Source: Malacoraja senta | Taxonomy: Eukaryota | NCBI GenBank assembly: GCA_038087875.1 | Contig: CM075991.1 | Coordinates: 2,480,001 to 2,544,000, forward strand | Length of the DNA: 64,000 bases | Direction of reading: 5' to 3' | Notes under the pieces: generated by a model | What the model saw: the letters and a program-made list of their open reading frames with translations, nothing else | Database searches by the model: none | Told to the model about the DNA's origin: nothing | Shown here: in pieces, positions 26,001 through 41,000 of the stretch | Layout: the number at the start of each line of letters is the position of its first letter | How positions within the stretch are numbered: position 1 is the first letter of the stretch | Program-made: the position numbers and the translations under genes

Positions 26001-29000
26001 AATGAATTCCACAGATTCACCACCCTCTGACTAAAGACATTTCTCCTCATCTTCATTCTAAAGGTACGTCCTTTTATTCTGAGGCTGTGCCCTCTGGTCC
26101 TAGACTCTCCCAGCCGAGACTCTTGCTGAAGTTATATTTCTACATGATTCAACTTACCTTGAAATAGCGCTTGACGATCTCTTCTTCACAATCACTGTCG
26201 CAGTCATCAAAGTCACCCGTCACCTTCCACGTCAGCTCCTTGGTAAACCACCGCTGCCAGACGTCACAGGCCTGCTCCGCGCTCTCGCTCTGCCGATTGA
26301 GAGGACAACATGGGAGCTTCATCCCACCGCCACGCCTGGTGATTGCAGGCTGAGTGGGAAACTGTTCATCAGGCAAAGACTAATGGACACTTCCATCAGC
26401 TCAGCCATCTATTTAGACCATCATTCAAGAGCCAGTCAGTTCGCTTTAACCTCAATGGACACAAAGTGCTGGAGTAACGAGCATCGGTGACGTTCGAGTC
26501 GGGACCCTTCAGCTCCCTATTCTGCTCCACCCCCCATCAATGTTTCTGCAAATGTTTCCCACAAGTTCCCATCCAATTCTCCTTTGAAAAGCCCGCACTC
26601 TCTTTAGGCAGAGGGTGGCAAATCTGTGCAATTCATCGCCACAGAAGGCCGTCAATGGATATATTTAAGGCAGAGATAGATAGATTCTTGATTAGTACGG
26701 GTGAAATAATGGGGTTACGAAGGAGAGATATATCAGCCATGATTGAATGGCGTAGTCGATGGGCTGAATGGCCTAATTCTGCTCCTATCAGTTATGAACT
26801 TCTGAATGTTTCCATAATCCTGACAGGCAATGAGTCCCAGATCATAACCACTCTGTGTAAAATCCGTTTCCTCACACACCGTTCATATCTTCAGACCATC
26901 ACTTTGAAACTGCAACCTTGAATCATCCAGTAGTTTAGTTCTGGAGATACAGCATGGAAACAGGCCCTTCGGCCCACCATGTCCATGCTGACCATCAATC
27001 ACCCGTTCACGCTAGTTCTGTGTTGTCCCACTTTCTCATCCACCCTACACTCCAAGGGCAATTCACAGAGGGCAAATCAACCTACAAACCCGCACGTCTT
27101 TAGGATGTGGGAGGAAACCGGAGCACCCAGTAGAAACCCACGCAGTCACAGCGAGAACTTACAAACTCCACACAGAAAGCACCCGAGGTGAGGATCGAAC
27201 CCGGGTCTCTGGCGCTGTGAGGCAGCAGCCCTGCCAGCTGTGCCATCGTGCCGTCTGATAACTGCTACTCACTGTGCGCCCTGACTAACCCCAACCTAGA
27301 CCGACTCCCCTACCCCTACCCCTCTCCCCACCCCCCCCCTCCCCCCTCCCCAATCTTTGCACATCCCCAATCCCTTCCACTCGCACTTTAATTTCACTTT
27401 TCATGTATCTTGTGTTTTTATGACTGTTGGCAGATCAATTTCCCTCCTGGGATAAATCAAGTTCTATCATATCATATGGATTCAATATTCCACTTCCCAC
27501 CTAAGCAGGAACAGCAAGAAGACTTTTTCACTCAAGTAAATGAGAGATTGGTGTGATGGATGGAGTTCATTGCCAAGAAACACGCTGTACGTTGCGACAC
27601 ACAACACTGTGCCTACCCCAGCCTCTATGCCCCAGTATTTATCTGCCAGCCAATACAAGCACCACAAGAAAGTTCTCACCTCCTCCAGAATCTCGCAGTA
27701 GGTCAGTTTGTCCACCGCTTCCTGTGAAAACTGGTACACCGACTGGCAGGGCTGAGAGAGATTCAAACAAATGTACACACAGTTACACAAGAACGGGGCA
27801 ATAGTTGAAAGTGAGCATTAGTTGCGAGGATCATTTTCAAAGACCATTATTCCCAATAACTGCGCTCCTATTTTTGCAGACTGTAATGCTGTGTACAACA
27901 AAATGTTTTGTTCCCATTTTACAAGCAAATGCAGACTCACTGGTTACCAGGCGGTAAAGCTGAATGGGGTCAATTTATGTAGGGCATTAATTTATAGGCG
28001 GCCCAGTGGTGCAGCTGGTAGAGCTGCTGCCTCACAGCGCCAGAGACCCGAGTTTGATCCTGAGCTCGGGTGCTACCCGTGAGGAGTTTTCACCTTCTCT
28101 CTGTGGCCACGTGGGTTTTCTCCGAGTGCTCCAGCTTCCTCCCACATCCCAAAGCTGCAGGTTTGTAGGTAGACAGAAGTGCTGGAGAAACTCAGCGGGT
28201 GCAGCAGCATCTATGGAGCGAAGGAAATAGGCAACCTACAGGTTTGTAGGTAAAATGCCTCTGTAAATTGCCCCGAGTGTGTAAGGAACGGATGATAAAG
28301 TGGGATAGCATGGAAGTAGATGGTCGGTGCGGACTCGGTGGGCCGAAGGACCCGTTTCCATGCTGCGTCTCTAGTTCTTAAGAAAAGTCCTGGGGTTTTT
28401 AAATCAGAGATGTATAGTTTCAGTTGAGTTTATTGTCACATCTACAGAAATGTAGTGAAAAGCTTTTTGTTGCGGGCTGACCAGTCAGCAGAAATACAAT
28501 ACATGATTACAAACCACACAAATGGGCGGCACGGTGGCGCAGCGGTAGATTTGTTGCCTTACATCAGTTGCAGCACCGGACACTTGAGTTTGATTCCGAC
28601 TACCGGTGCTGTCTGTACGGAGTTTGTACGTTCGCCCTGTGACCGCGTGGGTTTTCTCCAAGATCTTCGGTTTCGTCCCACACTCCAGACGTGCAGGTAT
28701 ACAGGTTAATTGGCTCGGTATAAGTGTAAATTGTCCATAATGTGTGTAGGATAGTGTTAATGTGCGGGGATCGCTGGTCGGTACGGACTCGGTGGGCCGA
28801 AGGGCCTGTTTCCGCGCTGTATCTCTAAATCTAAAAACGAAACTAATTAATGCTATTGAAAAGAAAATCAGGTTTGACTTGGTCAAACATGTTGAATTTA
28901 ATGAATCTTCAAAGAGAAAGGGAATGTGGAGAGGTTTGGGGAGAGGTTTTCAGGTGCCAAAGCATGAGCTGCTGCAGCTACAGCCAGGTTAAAGGAGTAG

Positions 29001-32000
29001 GAGGAGGCCTGATGTGAAGAGCCCTGGTACTGATGGAGGGGAGCCAGGCATAGAGGCAGCGCACACAGGGCTGACAGTAATACACACAAAATGCTGAAGT
29101 AATTCAGCAGGTCAGGCAGCATCTTTGGAGAACATGGAAAGGCGGCATTTTGGGTTGGGACCCTTCTTCACACTGATTCACGTGAGAGTGATGGCTCTTA
29201 ATAATTTAATGAGTTATGAAGAAAACTAGGTGAATGGACATCTAAGTGAATGCACCCAGTGGTTGGAAGCACACTTTGCAGAAAGGAAAGTGATTATAGT
29301 CAAGGAGTCACACATCATAAGCCGAGGGCAACAGTGCAGGTGAACGTATTGTAGCTCCAACCATCTTCAGTGCCTTCACCTATAACCTTTCATCATCCAG
29401 GGCAGGGAAAGAACATTTGCTGATGATTTTTGTTATTGATTTGTTTTTTTAGACCTGGGCATCACTGGCAAGGCTATCTATTATTGCTCATATCCAACTG
29501 TGTGTTATACATCTCTCTATATCACCGTCTATATCTCTTGGTTCCCTTTCCCCCGACTCTCAGTCTGAAGAAGGGTTTCGACTCGAAACATCACCTATTC
29601 CTTTTCTCCAAAATGCTGCCCGAGTTACTCCAGCATTTTGTGCCTATCTTGTGGTTCAGAAGGTGGCTTACACCACTGCAGACCTCCTGCTGAAGGTAAC
29701 CCAACACTCCATTCCATTCTGGATGGAGTTCCAGGATTTAAACCCAGCGACGAGGAAGGAAACATTATATATTTCCAAGTTAGGACTCAGAGGGGCATCT
29801 TTGGGTGCTCCCGTGTGACTGAACTGCTTTGAATTTCTTGGCAGTAGAAGTTGCCGGTTTTAGTTTAGAGATACTGCACGGAAACAAACCCTTTGGCCCA
29901 CCGAGTCCGTGCAGATCATCAATCATCCTTTCACACTAGTTCTATGTTATCCCACTTTCTCATCCAATCCCTACACACAAGGAGGCAATTTAGCCCTGGC
30001 CAATTAACCTGTAAACCTGTACATAGACACAAAATGCTGGAGAAACTCAGCGGGACAGGCAGCATCTCCGGAGAGAAGGAATAGGTGATTTTTCGGGTCG
30101 AGACCCTTCTTCAGACTGGAGAAGGGTCTCGACCCGAAACGTCATCCATTCATTCTCTCCAGAGATGCTGTCTGTCTCGCTGAGTTACTCCAGCTTTTTG
30201 TGTCTATCTTCGGTTTAAACCAGCATCTGCAGTTCCTTCCTATACAAACTGGTACATCTTTGGGATGTGGGAGGAAACCGGAGCACCCGGAGAAAACAAT
30301 TACAGGCAAACTCCACACAGACAGCACCCGAGGTCAGGATCGAACCGGGGCTCTGGTTCTGCGAGGCAGCAGCTCCACCCGCTGCGCCACCGTGGCCACC
30401 CTAGAGGTCGTCACAGGGTGAGGGAGGTCATTGTGCTGGGTAGATGGTGTACACTGGAGCCACTAGCGTTGGAGCAAGTGAATGTTCAGGGTGGGTGATG
30501 GGCTGCCTGGATGGCGCTGAGCTGCTCCGTGATCTGAGAATTGAATTCCACTCAGCCGTGTGGAGAGTATTTCACCACACTCCAGCTTGTGTCTTGCAGA
30601 TGGGTGGGAAGGGTTTGGGATGTTAGATGCAGCACAGCACTCAGCCTTCAACATTCCCAATGGATATGATTTTTTCCCCAACAGATTTCAACACCAGTCT
30701 GATAATGAACAAATCATCGTTGAACACAATAAATGCAGGTATCCCATTATTGAACCACCAGCCATTTCTAAACTGAGCTTCCAACTCCATTATTGTCTCA
30801 TTCCCTTATCCGCATATTAATCTCTTTACTGTCTTGAGGAACTGGAGGGACAACTTTTCTTTTGTTACACAAAGGATGGTGGGAGTATGGAACGAGCTGC
30901 CAGAGGAGGTAGTTGTAAAGGGGCTGTCCCACTTGGGCGACCTAATTGGTGAGTTTAGAAGAGTTTAGGAGAGGTTGAAAAAATGACATGTTGAAGACCT
31001 CCTTCGACTATGTAGAAGACCCCCTTCGACTATGTTGAAGACTAGCTTCGATTAGCTACGACTAACCGAGAAAATTGGACACCAAATAGTGGAGAGTGAA
31101 GACGACCTCCTTCGATCTCCTTCGACTATGATGAAGACTATCTATGACTACCTTCGACTACCCTCAACTACCTAAGTTACGTCCATGGTGACCTGTTTTT
31201 ACTCTCGGGCATTTTTCAACGTTGAAAAATACGCCGCGACCTAGCTGAGGCCTCGAGTACGCGGGGACTACTCTCGAGCATGAAGGAGAGTTACAAAGAC
31301 CTCCTAGGACCTTGTGTTGACCATGCTGCGAGTATGAGTCGAGGGCAAACTCGCCAGAACTCGCGGATTAGGTCGCCCAAGTGGGACAGCCCCATAAGCA
31401 GGTACTAACCCAATATTTAAAACACATTTGGATGGGTACATGGATCGGGAAGGTTTAGAAGGAAATGGACGCACGCAGGCAGGTGGGACTAGTGTAGATG
31501 GGACATGTTGGGCAAAGGGCCACCTGTTTCCACGTGGTGTGACTCTATGATCTACTTTCATGTTCTTTAAATTTCTAGTCATTTCTTGTAAGGTGTTTGA
31601 TCAAAGCATCCAGGCGCACTATTGCCTTCCCCCAACTATCACGTGTATTAAAAAAAGGTATGAAGTGCTGGAGTAACTCAGCGTCTGTGGAGAACATGGA
31701 CAGGTGCCGTTAAGGATCGGGACCCTTCTTCAGAAGAGTCAGAAGAACAGTCCCGACCAAAAATGTCACCTCTCCATGTTCACTGGGAATGCTGCCGAAC
31801 CCACTGAGTTACTCCAGCATTTTGTGTCTTTTTTGGAGAGCAGCATCTGCAGTTCCCTGTTTCTATATCTTGTATATACCTCTTCTAAAGAATTTTATGC
31901 ATGATTATTTTCCACAAACTGTCCCTTTAGTTACACTTAACTTCAGACATTTTTTAACTTTGCATTGCATCAGAATCAAGGTTGCCAATTCCCTTCACTT

Positions 32001-35000
32001 GTAATCTCCTATTTTCCCAAATAAATGAATGTATTGGAACATTTGTGGACGAGTTTCTGCTCTTACCGGTAAAAGTAGGACTTCGCTGGGCAACAAATGA
32101 CACAGCTGAACAGTTTTGCAGATAAGTTCCTCCTGACTGATTACAACTTCCAGATTGGAGTCCAGGTCTGTTATATATTTTGCCGCTTCCTTCAAAAGGG
32201 AATTTAAAGCAGAGGCTGAAATAAAAAGTGATAAAAAATCAAATACAGTAACACTCCACAGTAATAGAGGGATAGGGGCCAAATGGGACAATCCCAGATG
32301 CCAACTATGTCGGCTTGGCCAAGTTGGGACTTAGTAACAGACTCTATAATACCCTGCGAGTGGTAGAGTCTATGAACCACTGCAACTTTCAGCAGTTCTC
32401 CTCCTCAAACAAGCAACAGACGGCCAACTGAGTCATCAACAGCTTCCTATAACTCGCCTTCAATGAACGAGAGTATCAAAGCCCCGCAAAGCTGTTTCTT
32501 AGCATTAAAATCCACCAATTCAAAAATGACGCACAAAATTAAACCAAACTAACAAAAAAGAAACAGGAACTAAACAGGAACTGCGCAGTTTAAAAAAATG
32601 ATGCTGGAGTAACTCAGCGGGTCAGGCAGCATCTGTGGACAACATGGATAGGTGACGTTTCGTCAGACTGAACACTTAATTAGCACCAGATGATAGGGGC
32701 TACAAAAATAGTGAGAGTGTCTCCAATAAGGTAGACAGTAGCTTAGGACAGCTCTGTAATTGTTGATAGGATGGTTCAGTTGCCTGATAACATGAAGGCT
32801 CCTCACCGAATATTACTCTGAACTCTTGCAGAAACTAAAGAACACGCTGCAGGTTTTGGCATCTGTATTTTTACTAAACACTTAGGGCAGAGTTGCTTAC
32901 CAGCCACAGCTTCACAGACAAAGACGGGGAGGATAGTGTTGCTGTACAAGCTGAGCTCCTCCACAGCCTTGCTGGTGGTCTTTGGTATGACAATGATATT
33001 GCTCTGTGAAAAGCTCATGATCAGCACGCTGTCTCTCAGCAAGAACAGGGCACGCAGCACGATATCCTGGAGCTTTCCAGCGAAGCCCACATCAAAATGC
33101 CTCGCAAGAACTTCGTTCATTAACCAGCAGAAATCCTTTGCCAACGTGGTAAGAAAGGCGCCCTGCAAAAAGGTACTCGATTACATTAGAGCTTCCAGAG
33201 TGCAACAAACAACAGCAAAGATTAAAGAGGCCATTAAATGACATCCATTGCTTTAATGAAGAGCAGAAATAATTTCCATTGTAACTTTCAAAGAGCAATT
33301 TAATAGAGCAAAACCTCAGGGAATAGCTGGTGAATGGAAATGATTAGATTGTCCTTACAAGCTTGGCACCGGAGGATGCAGATGCTGGGATCTGTAGCAA
33401 AGAAAATAGAACTGCTGGAGGAACTCAGCAGGTTAGGCAGCATCTGTGGAGGGAAATGGATAACTGAGTTTGGGGTCAAGATCCTTCATCTGGGGTGGCA
33501 CAGTGTTGGTGTTGTGTAGGAAAGAACTGCAGATCCTGGTCTAATTTGAAGTTAGACACAAAAATCTGGAGTAACTCAGCGGGACAGGCAGCATCTCTGG
33601 AGGGAAGGAATGGGTGACATTTCGGGTCGAGACCCTTCTTCAGAACTACAGTGTTAGAGTTGCTGCCTCACCGAGACAGAGGCCTGGGTTTGATCCTGAC
33701 TACGGGAGCTGTCTGTACAGAGTTTGTATGTTCTCCCCGTGACCTGCTTGGGTTTTCTCCGGGATCTCCGGTTTCCTCCCACACTCCAAAATCGTACAGG
33801 TTTGTAAATTAATTGGTTTGGTAACATTGTAAATTATTCCTAGTGTGTGTAGGGTAGTGTTAATGTGCGGGGATCGCTGGTCGGTGCGAACCTGGTAGGA
33901 CAAAGGGCCTGTTTCCGCACTGTACTTTAAACTAAACCTGCCACCTGACCTGGTACGCAATTCCAACGCACAGGAATTCAAGCGTGTGGTGGGCTCAGCC
34001 TGGTCCATCACAGAAGCAGCTCTCCCCTCCATTGAAACCAGCTACATGAGGCGCTGCCTCAAACAGGTACCTATCATCAAGGATCCACACCATCTGACCT
34101 GTGTGCCCTCTTCTCAATGCAGCCATCGGACAGAGAGTACAGAAGCCTGAATGAGTAGGAAGAAACTGCAGATGCTGGTTTAAGCCAAAGATAGACAAAC
34201 AGCTGGAGTACCTCAGCGGGACAGGCAGCATCTCAGGAGAGAAGGAATGGGTGATGGGCTTCGAGACCCGAAACATCACCACTTTCTTCTTTCTTGGGAT
34301 GTTGCCTGTCCCGCTGAAATACTCCAGCTGTTTGTGTCTATGTACAGAAGCCTGAAGTCCCACACCACCAGGCACAGGAACAGCTACTATCCTACAACCA
34401 TCATGTTCTTGAACCAACCTGCACAACCCTCATTCTACCTCTGCAACAAAACAATACAGAACACCTGTTTAAGAAGGAACTGCAGATGCTGGAAAATCGA
34501 AGGTAGACAAACATGCTGGAGAAACTCAGCGGGTGAGGCCGCATCTATGGAGCGAAGGAAATAGGCGACGTTTCGGGTCAAAACCCTTCTTCAGACCAAA
34601 CACCTCTTGTATTACTGTGGACCTGATTTTATTTTTTTTCTTAATTCTGTTTAGCTCTTATATCTTGGGCTTTTTTGCAGTCTTCTTTCTTTCTGTTTAG
34701 AAATCAGCTACAACTTTGTGCGTGTGTGTGTGTCTGTGTGTGTGTCTGTGTCTGTGTGTGTGTGTCTGCATGTGCGTGTGCGTGTGCGTGTAATGCTGCT
34801 GCAAGCAAGATTTTAATTGAACTTGTACCTTACTGCACTCATGCATATGACAATCAACACAGCATGACTTGTTCTGGTCTGAAGAGTAGGACAAAGGGCC
34901 TGTTTCCGCACTGTACTTTAAACTAAACCTGCCACCTGACCTGGTACGCAATTCCTGGCAGCCAGTATAAAGAGATGAGAGAGTGGTTGGCAGGTGGAGG

Positions 35001-38000
35001 TTCACTTTTTCAAAGAGGGAACAATTCTAGACTCGAAAACCTGCCCCATCCACCCCCACTCCTCTTTATACTGGCTCCTTCCTCTCTACAATTTCATTTT
35101 GGTGAAGAATCCCGTCCTGAAACATCCACTGTCCATTCCCTCCACAGAGGCAGCACAGTGCCGCAGTTGCTGCCTCACAGCACCCGAGACCCGGGTTCGA
35201 TCCTGACCTCGGGTGCTGTCCGTGTGGAGTTTGCACGTGACCCCTTGGGTTTCCTCCACATGCTCCAGTTTTCTTCTACATCCCAAAGACGTGCAGGTTT
35301 GTAGGCGAATTAACCTCTGTGAATCGCCCCAAATGTTTAAGGAGTAGATAAGAAAATGCAATAACATAGAACTAATGTGAACGGTTTGGCATGGTATCAG
35401 TGGGCTGAAGGGCCTGTTTCTATGCTGTATCTCTAAAAACGGACCCATTGGGTTTCCCCAGCAGCTCTGCTTACAACCAGTCTGACGAAGGGTCTTGAGC
35501 TGAAACATCACCTCTCCACGTTCACCAGCGTAAGTGCCTGACCCGCAGAGTTAATCCAGCAGTTTGTCTTTGTTTTGTAAACTAGCATCTGCAGTTCCTT
35601 GTGTCGATAGCTCTACTCCCAAGCTGCATTGATTCCATGTTGCTAACTGCTGGCGGCAGTGGGGAGGCAAGCTGCGGCCTATGTCCAGTGTGGATGTGCT
35701 GGCTGCTACCAGGGCAAAGACAGCCTACCTGTGGGTGTTTGTGGAGCAGGAGGGAGGCCAGGATGGCGGTCGACATGATGGCGGAGCAGCACCTCGCATC
35801 TGTCGGGTAGAAAACACTGCACGTTAGTCATAAGGTCATAGGTGATGGGAGCAGAATTCGGCCATTCGGCCCATCAAGTCTACTCCACCATTCAATCATG
35901 GCTGATCTATCTCTCCCTCCTAACCCCATTCTGCTGCCTTCTCCCAATAACCCCCGACACCCGTACTAATCAAGAATCTAACTATCCCTGCCTTAAAAAC
36001 ATCCATCGACTTGGCCTCCACAGCCTTCTGTGGCAACTGTCAAAAGCCTCAGAGTGGATTCATCGTCAGCTGAGTGATTACTCACAGAATGAGCTTGTGT
36101 CCAGATCAGTCTTGGCACTGAGCTTCTGTACAGATCACCATGTCACCTCCCCCAAAGCAAAGGTTCCACGGAATCTGCTTACAGTCATCTTTTTCCCCCA
36201 AATACGAGTCTCCGCCTTTTCAAATTCCCTTTAATTCATTTCCAAATTACTTCAAAACTAACTTACTTCTAATCTGGAAGAGGTATAGGAGTCTGTCAAC
36301 TAAGGTCCAGTTCAGGTACAGCTTCTTCCCGACAACCATCAAGCTATTGAACACCACGAAATGTCTGGGTTGCACTCGTGACTTCCGGGAGTTTGTTTTG
36401 TATTTGCACTATATTAGGTTTTTAATTTATTGAACTTTTTTTGTATTTGTTTATCAGATTATCCATTGAGTGCTGTGCTTACAAACCTTGTGCTGCAAGC
36501 AATAATGTCACTGTTCTATTTCAGTACATAGGACAGTAAAACACTCCTGACTCTTGATTACTGATGTCCTAACTTATAACTTTGGAAGGTTGTGGGGCAG
36601 CATGGTGGCGCAGCGATAGAGTTGCTGCCTTACAACGCCACAGACCCGGGGTACTATGTTTAAACACTGCTGTAATTTCTTCATGGTGAAACCAAAATGT
36701 ATAAAAATGGCCTTCATTAAAATCTGACAATATGCACTTTAACCACGTGATGTATTTAAATTACAAATCTCAAATTGTGGAGTACAGAGGCCAATAAATA
36801 AATGGGTCTTTGTCCCAAACATTATGGAGGTGTGTCTGTGTGTGTGTGTCTGTGTGTGTGTGTCTGTGTGTGTCTGTGTGTGTGTCTGTGTGTGTGTGTC
36901 TGTGTGTGTGTCTGCTGTGTGTGTGTGTCTGTGTCTGTGTCTGTGTGTGTCTGTGTCTGTGTGTGTGTGTATGAGAAGTTCGTCTGCGTTTCACATCTCC
37001 AAGAAAACACGACACGCTAACGGTGAAATCTTTACATATTTCGATAGATTTATGCCATGTCAAAAATAGCCTTATCTGAAAATTTGATTAATTATTTCTT
37101 GTGTTATTTATGAAAATGTTCACGAATGTGCTTAGCCCTGCTCGCAACATTGTTGCTATCCAAGTCGACTGAGTTCTGCTCGGCCGAGCAAGTGCAAATG
37201 CTTTTTTTTTAAAGCTTAGAAATGAGGGAGGCTGAATGGACCAGGCCTCCCATCTGACCGGGACCCGGGATCCTTGGTCTAGTATACTTATAAAACTCTG
37301 ATCTTGGATGTGTATTTATTTGTGTGATGTTCGTGTGCGTTTCACATCTCCTCGAAAACACGAGGGCCTGTCCCACTGTACGAGGTAATTCAAGAGCTCT
37401 CCCGAGTTTAAAAAAAAATCAAACTCGTGGTAAGCACGTAGAATGTATGTAGCGGGTACGTCGGAGCTCGGGACGTCTCTTAGCGGCTCGTAACGCTAAC
37501 GGCAGGTAATTGGGAAACACGGTAAGTTCGTGAAGACTTGTGAAGATTTTTCAACATGTTGAAAAATATCCACGAGGGCCCCGAGTACCTACGAGCGGCC
37601 ATTACCGTAATTCTCCGAGTTCGAATCAGGGGAAACTCGGGAGAACTCTTGAATTACCTCGTACAGTGACCCTCAACGGTGAAATTTTTACATATTCCGA
37701 TAGAGATTTACGCTGTGAAGTCAAAAATCGCCTTATCTGAAAATTTACTACATTATTTCTCGAGTTATTTATGAAAATGTTCAAAAGTCTCAGAAAATTT
37801 GAAAAAACTGTCTTTCGCTTATTCCTTGTCCTTAGCCCTGCTCGCAACGTTGTTGCTATCCAAGTACACTGAGCTCTGCTACCAGGCAAGTGCAAATGCA
37901 TTTTTTTTAAAGTTTAAAAATGAGGGAGGCCGAATAAGGCGAAATGAGCAGCCCCTCCCTGCGCAGTTGTCGGCTATGGGTGTGTGCTGGAATATTGCGT

Positions 38001-41000
38001 TGGGGGAACGGGTTGTGTTGGAGAAAGGGGAACGGGTTGCGTTGGGGGACCAGGCCTCCCGTGTGACAGGGACCCAATGGGTCACACTTGGTCTAGTTGG
38101 TCAATAAAACCCTCTTGACATTCACAAACTAGGGCAGTTGTTCAGGAGGGTGATGGAGGCCTAATCTTTCAATCAGAGAAAAAATGGGTGGAGATGATGC
38201 AAGAAAATAAAATATTTGGACAGTAAATGATCAGTATTCTGTCCACAGAGAAGAGGTTACAACTAGACATTGTACTTGAAATGTGTAGGAATGAACTGCA
38301 GATGCTGGCTTAGACCGACGATAGAAAAAAAATGCTGGAGTAACTCAGCGGGATAGGAGCATCTCTGGAGAGGACTGGGTGATGTCTTAGGTTGAGACCC
38401 TTCTCTCCTCACCTATTCCTTTTCTCCAGAGATGCTGCCTGACCCGCAGAGTGACTCCAGCCTTGTGTGTCTGCCAGACAGTGTACCCACTCATTCAATG
38501 GTGCTCCGCATGACCAAGTGGACAGGTCACAGTGGATCAAGCAGTTGTCCAAGAACAACTATTTGCTTAGGGCCAAGTCCAATTTGATGTTTCATTTCTC
38601 AACAATACATGAACTCCAGCATCCTAATTCCGAGGTCGGCTCTGGGTCCCCTCCCCCCCACTTCCGTCAGGTCACCCTACGAGCGTTGCCACGTGGCGGG
38701 AGCTTGTGATTGAGGAGGCGGCGTGGGTTTGAGTACCGGGCCCATCCCCCGTGCACCACATGTGGGGTTCGGGAGCTCTGTGGTTCCCCAGCTGGTGAAT
38801 TCCCACTGGTTTAACCCCCACCCCAACCAACACCCCTGTTTTTCCCCACCCAGCCTTGGGTTAAACTAGTTCATATTCTCCCCCCCCCCCCCCCCACCCA
38901 AACACCCGATTATAGCGGGTAATCAGCACTAACAGCCCGTGCATCAGTCTGAAGAAGGTTTCGGCCCGAAACGTTGCCTCTTTCCTACGCTTCATAGATG
39001 CTGCCGCACCCACCGAGTTTCTCCAGCAATTTTGTCTACCTTCGATTCTCCAGCATCTGCAGTTCCTTCTTGAGCACTAACAGGCACATCCCCACCCCCT
39101 CCCCATGGTCCATTTTTGTGAGGGTTTACTGTACTTCGATCAGGCCTCCCCTCCATCTTCCAGCTCCGATGTTCCAGAAAAACAATCCAAGGTTATCCAA
39201 CCTCTCCTTCCAGCTAATACTCCCCGATCCAGACAGCATCTGGTAAAGATCTGCACTATTCCGGGGACAATGCACCTTGATTCCCCCCCCCCCCCCGTGT
39301 GAGTTTCATGCACGTTTTTATATAACATGCAAAACTTGTGGAGGATGAGGAAGGGTGCCAGAGCAATGTAATTGCGGGGGTTTGCAGAGAATTGGTTTAT
39401 TACAAACTGTTTAAACTTCTTGGAAGGAACAGCTTGAGGACTTGTGTGCAGAGACAGAGAGCAGCTTGTGTACTGGAGATTACAACTGATAAGAACATAG
39501 AGACAACAGTGAACAAAGCCTTCATGGTACGAAGGTAATGAGGTAATGTACACCGACCATCCACCTGGGATCAGGACCAGTCTGGAAGGATACCATATGG
39601 AAGATTGGTGTTAAACCAGTAAGAGACACCACACAGATTGATAGCAGAAACAGCATAATCATCCTCTATTGATACAGAAATCTGTTTTCAGCTGTATCTT
39701 CACTGTCTTTTGTCGGTTAGTTAAGTTCAGCCTTTAGTAATGACTCTGCAGTCTTTTGATGATTAATTTCAGTATATTCAGGTTTTTAGTCACAGTCTGC
39801 TGATTTTTTAATGCTTTATTCTCATACCATGTAACCACTGCACTGGAATAAAACGTTTTAAACGCTACCATTGAGAATTCAATGAACTAACATAATCAAG
39901 GCCCGGGATGGCGGGACTGTCATATGCTGAGAGAATGGAGCGGCTGGGCTTGTATACTCTGGAATTTAGAAAGATGAGAGGGGATCTTATTGAAACATAT
40001 AAGATTATTAAGGGTTTGGATGGGCTAGAGGCAGGAAACATGTTCCCGATGTTGGGGGAGTCCAGGACCATGGGCCACAGTTTAAGAATAAGGGGTAAGC
40101 CATTTAGAACGGAGACAAGGAAACACTTTTTCTCACAGAGAGTTGTGAGTCTGTGGAATTCTCTGCCTCAAAGGGTGGTGGAGGCAGGTTCTCTGGATAC
40201 TTTCAAGAGAGAGCTAGATAGGGCTCTTAAAGATAGCAGAGTTAGGGGATATGGGGAGAAGGCAGGAACAGGGTATTTATTTGGGAATGATTAGCCATGA
40301 TCACATTGAATGGCGTTGCTGGCTCAAAGGGCCGAATGGCCTACTCCTGCACCTATTGTCTATTGTTGAAGACAGAACATCATGCAGACCCAACTTCGGC
40401 TAAACTCTCACCCCAGAGCAGTAGTTACATTGCCACGCTGCTCACGGCCAGATTAACTTGTTTTAGTTTTGAGTTTTAGTGGAAACAGGCCCTTTGGCCC
40501 ACTGAGTCTGCACCAATTCCTCACACACTGGCACTATCCTACACACTAGGGACAATTTACAATGTTTACCAAAGCCAAATAACCTACAAACCTGTACGTT
40601 TGTAGGTTATTTGCACCCGGGAAAACCCACATGGTCATGGGGAGAAAGTACAAACTCAATACAGACAGCACCCGTTGTCAGGATCGAACACGGGTCGCTG
40701 ATGCTGTAAGGCAGCAACTCTACCGCTGCGCCACCATGCCACCCCTTTTCTGCACCGAGATCAGATGAATTAAATTCATCGAACTTGGTGGTAAGTGAGG
40801 ATTGGAGCAAATTTAAGAGTTAGAGATGCAGCATGGAGTAAGGCCCTTCGGCCCATGCTGACCATTGATCACCCATTCACACTTGTTGTATGTTATCCTA
40901 CTTTCTCCTCCACTCCCTACACACTGGGGACAATTTACAGAGGGCCAATTAACCTACAAACTGACAAGTCTTTGGGATGTGGGAGGAAACCGGAACACCT

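Larger units (their letters stand above)
36829..38096 (+). mobile_element. Two adjacent head-to-tail Helitron-like copies (3' ends CTAG at 37282 and 38096)
   Basis: 36975-37230 is homologous to 37325-37925. Both copies end in a GGGACCC hairpin remnant plus (T)TGGTCTAG-T, and the last ~80 bp resemble the end of the 3571-5400 element. The first copy begins in a (TG/TC)n microsatellite. Confidence 0.7.

Noticed and set aside
28523..28610. tRNA-like sequences with A/B boxes (many copies)
   Set aside because: These are SINE heads, not functional tRNA genes.
34675..37069. ORFs rich in CV/HT dipeptides
   Set aside because: Microsatellite translations.
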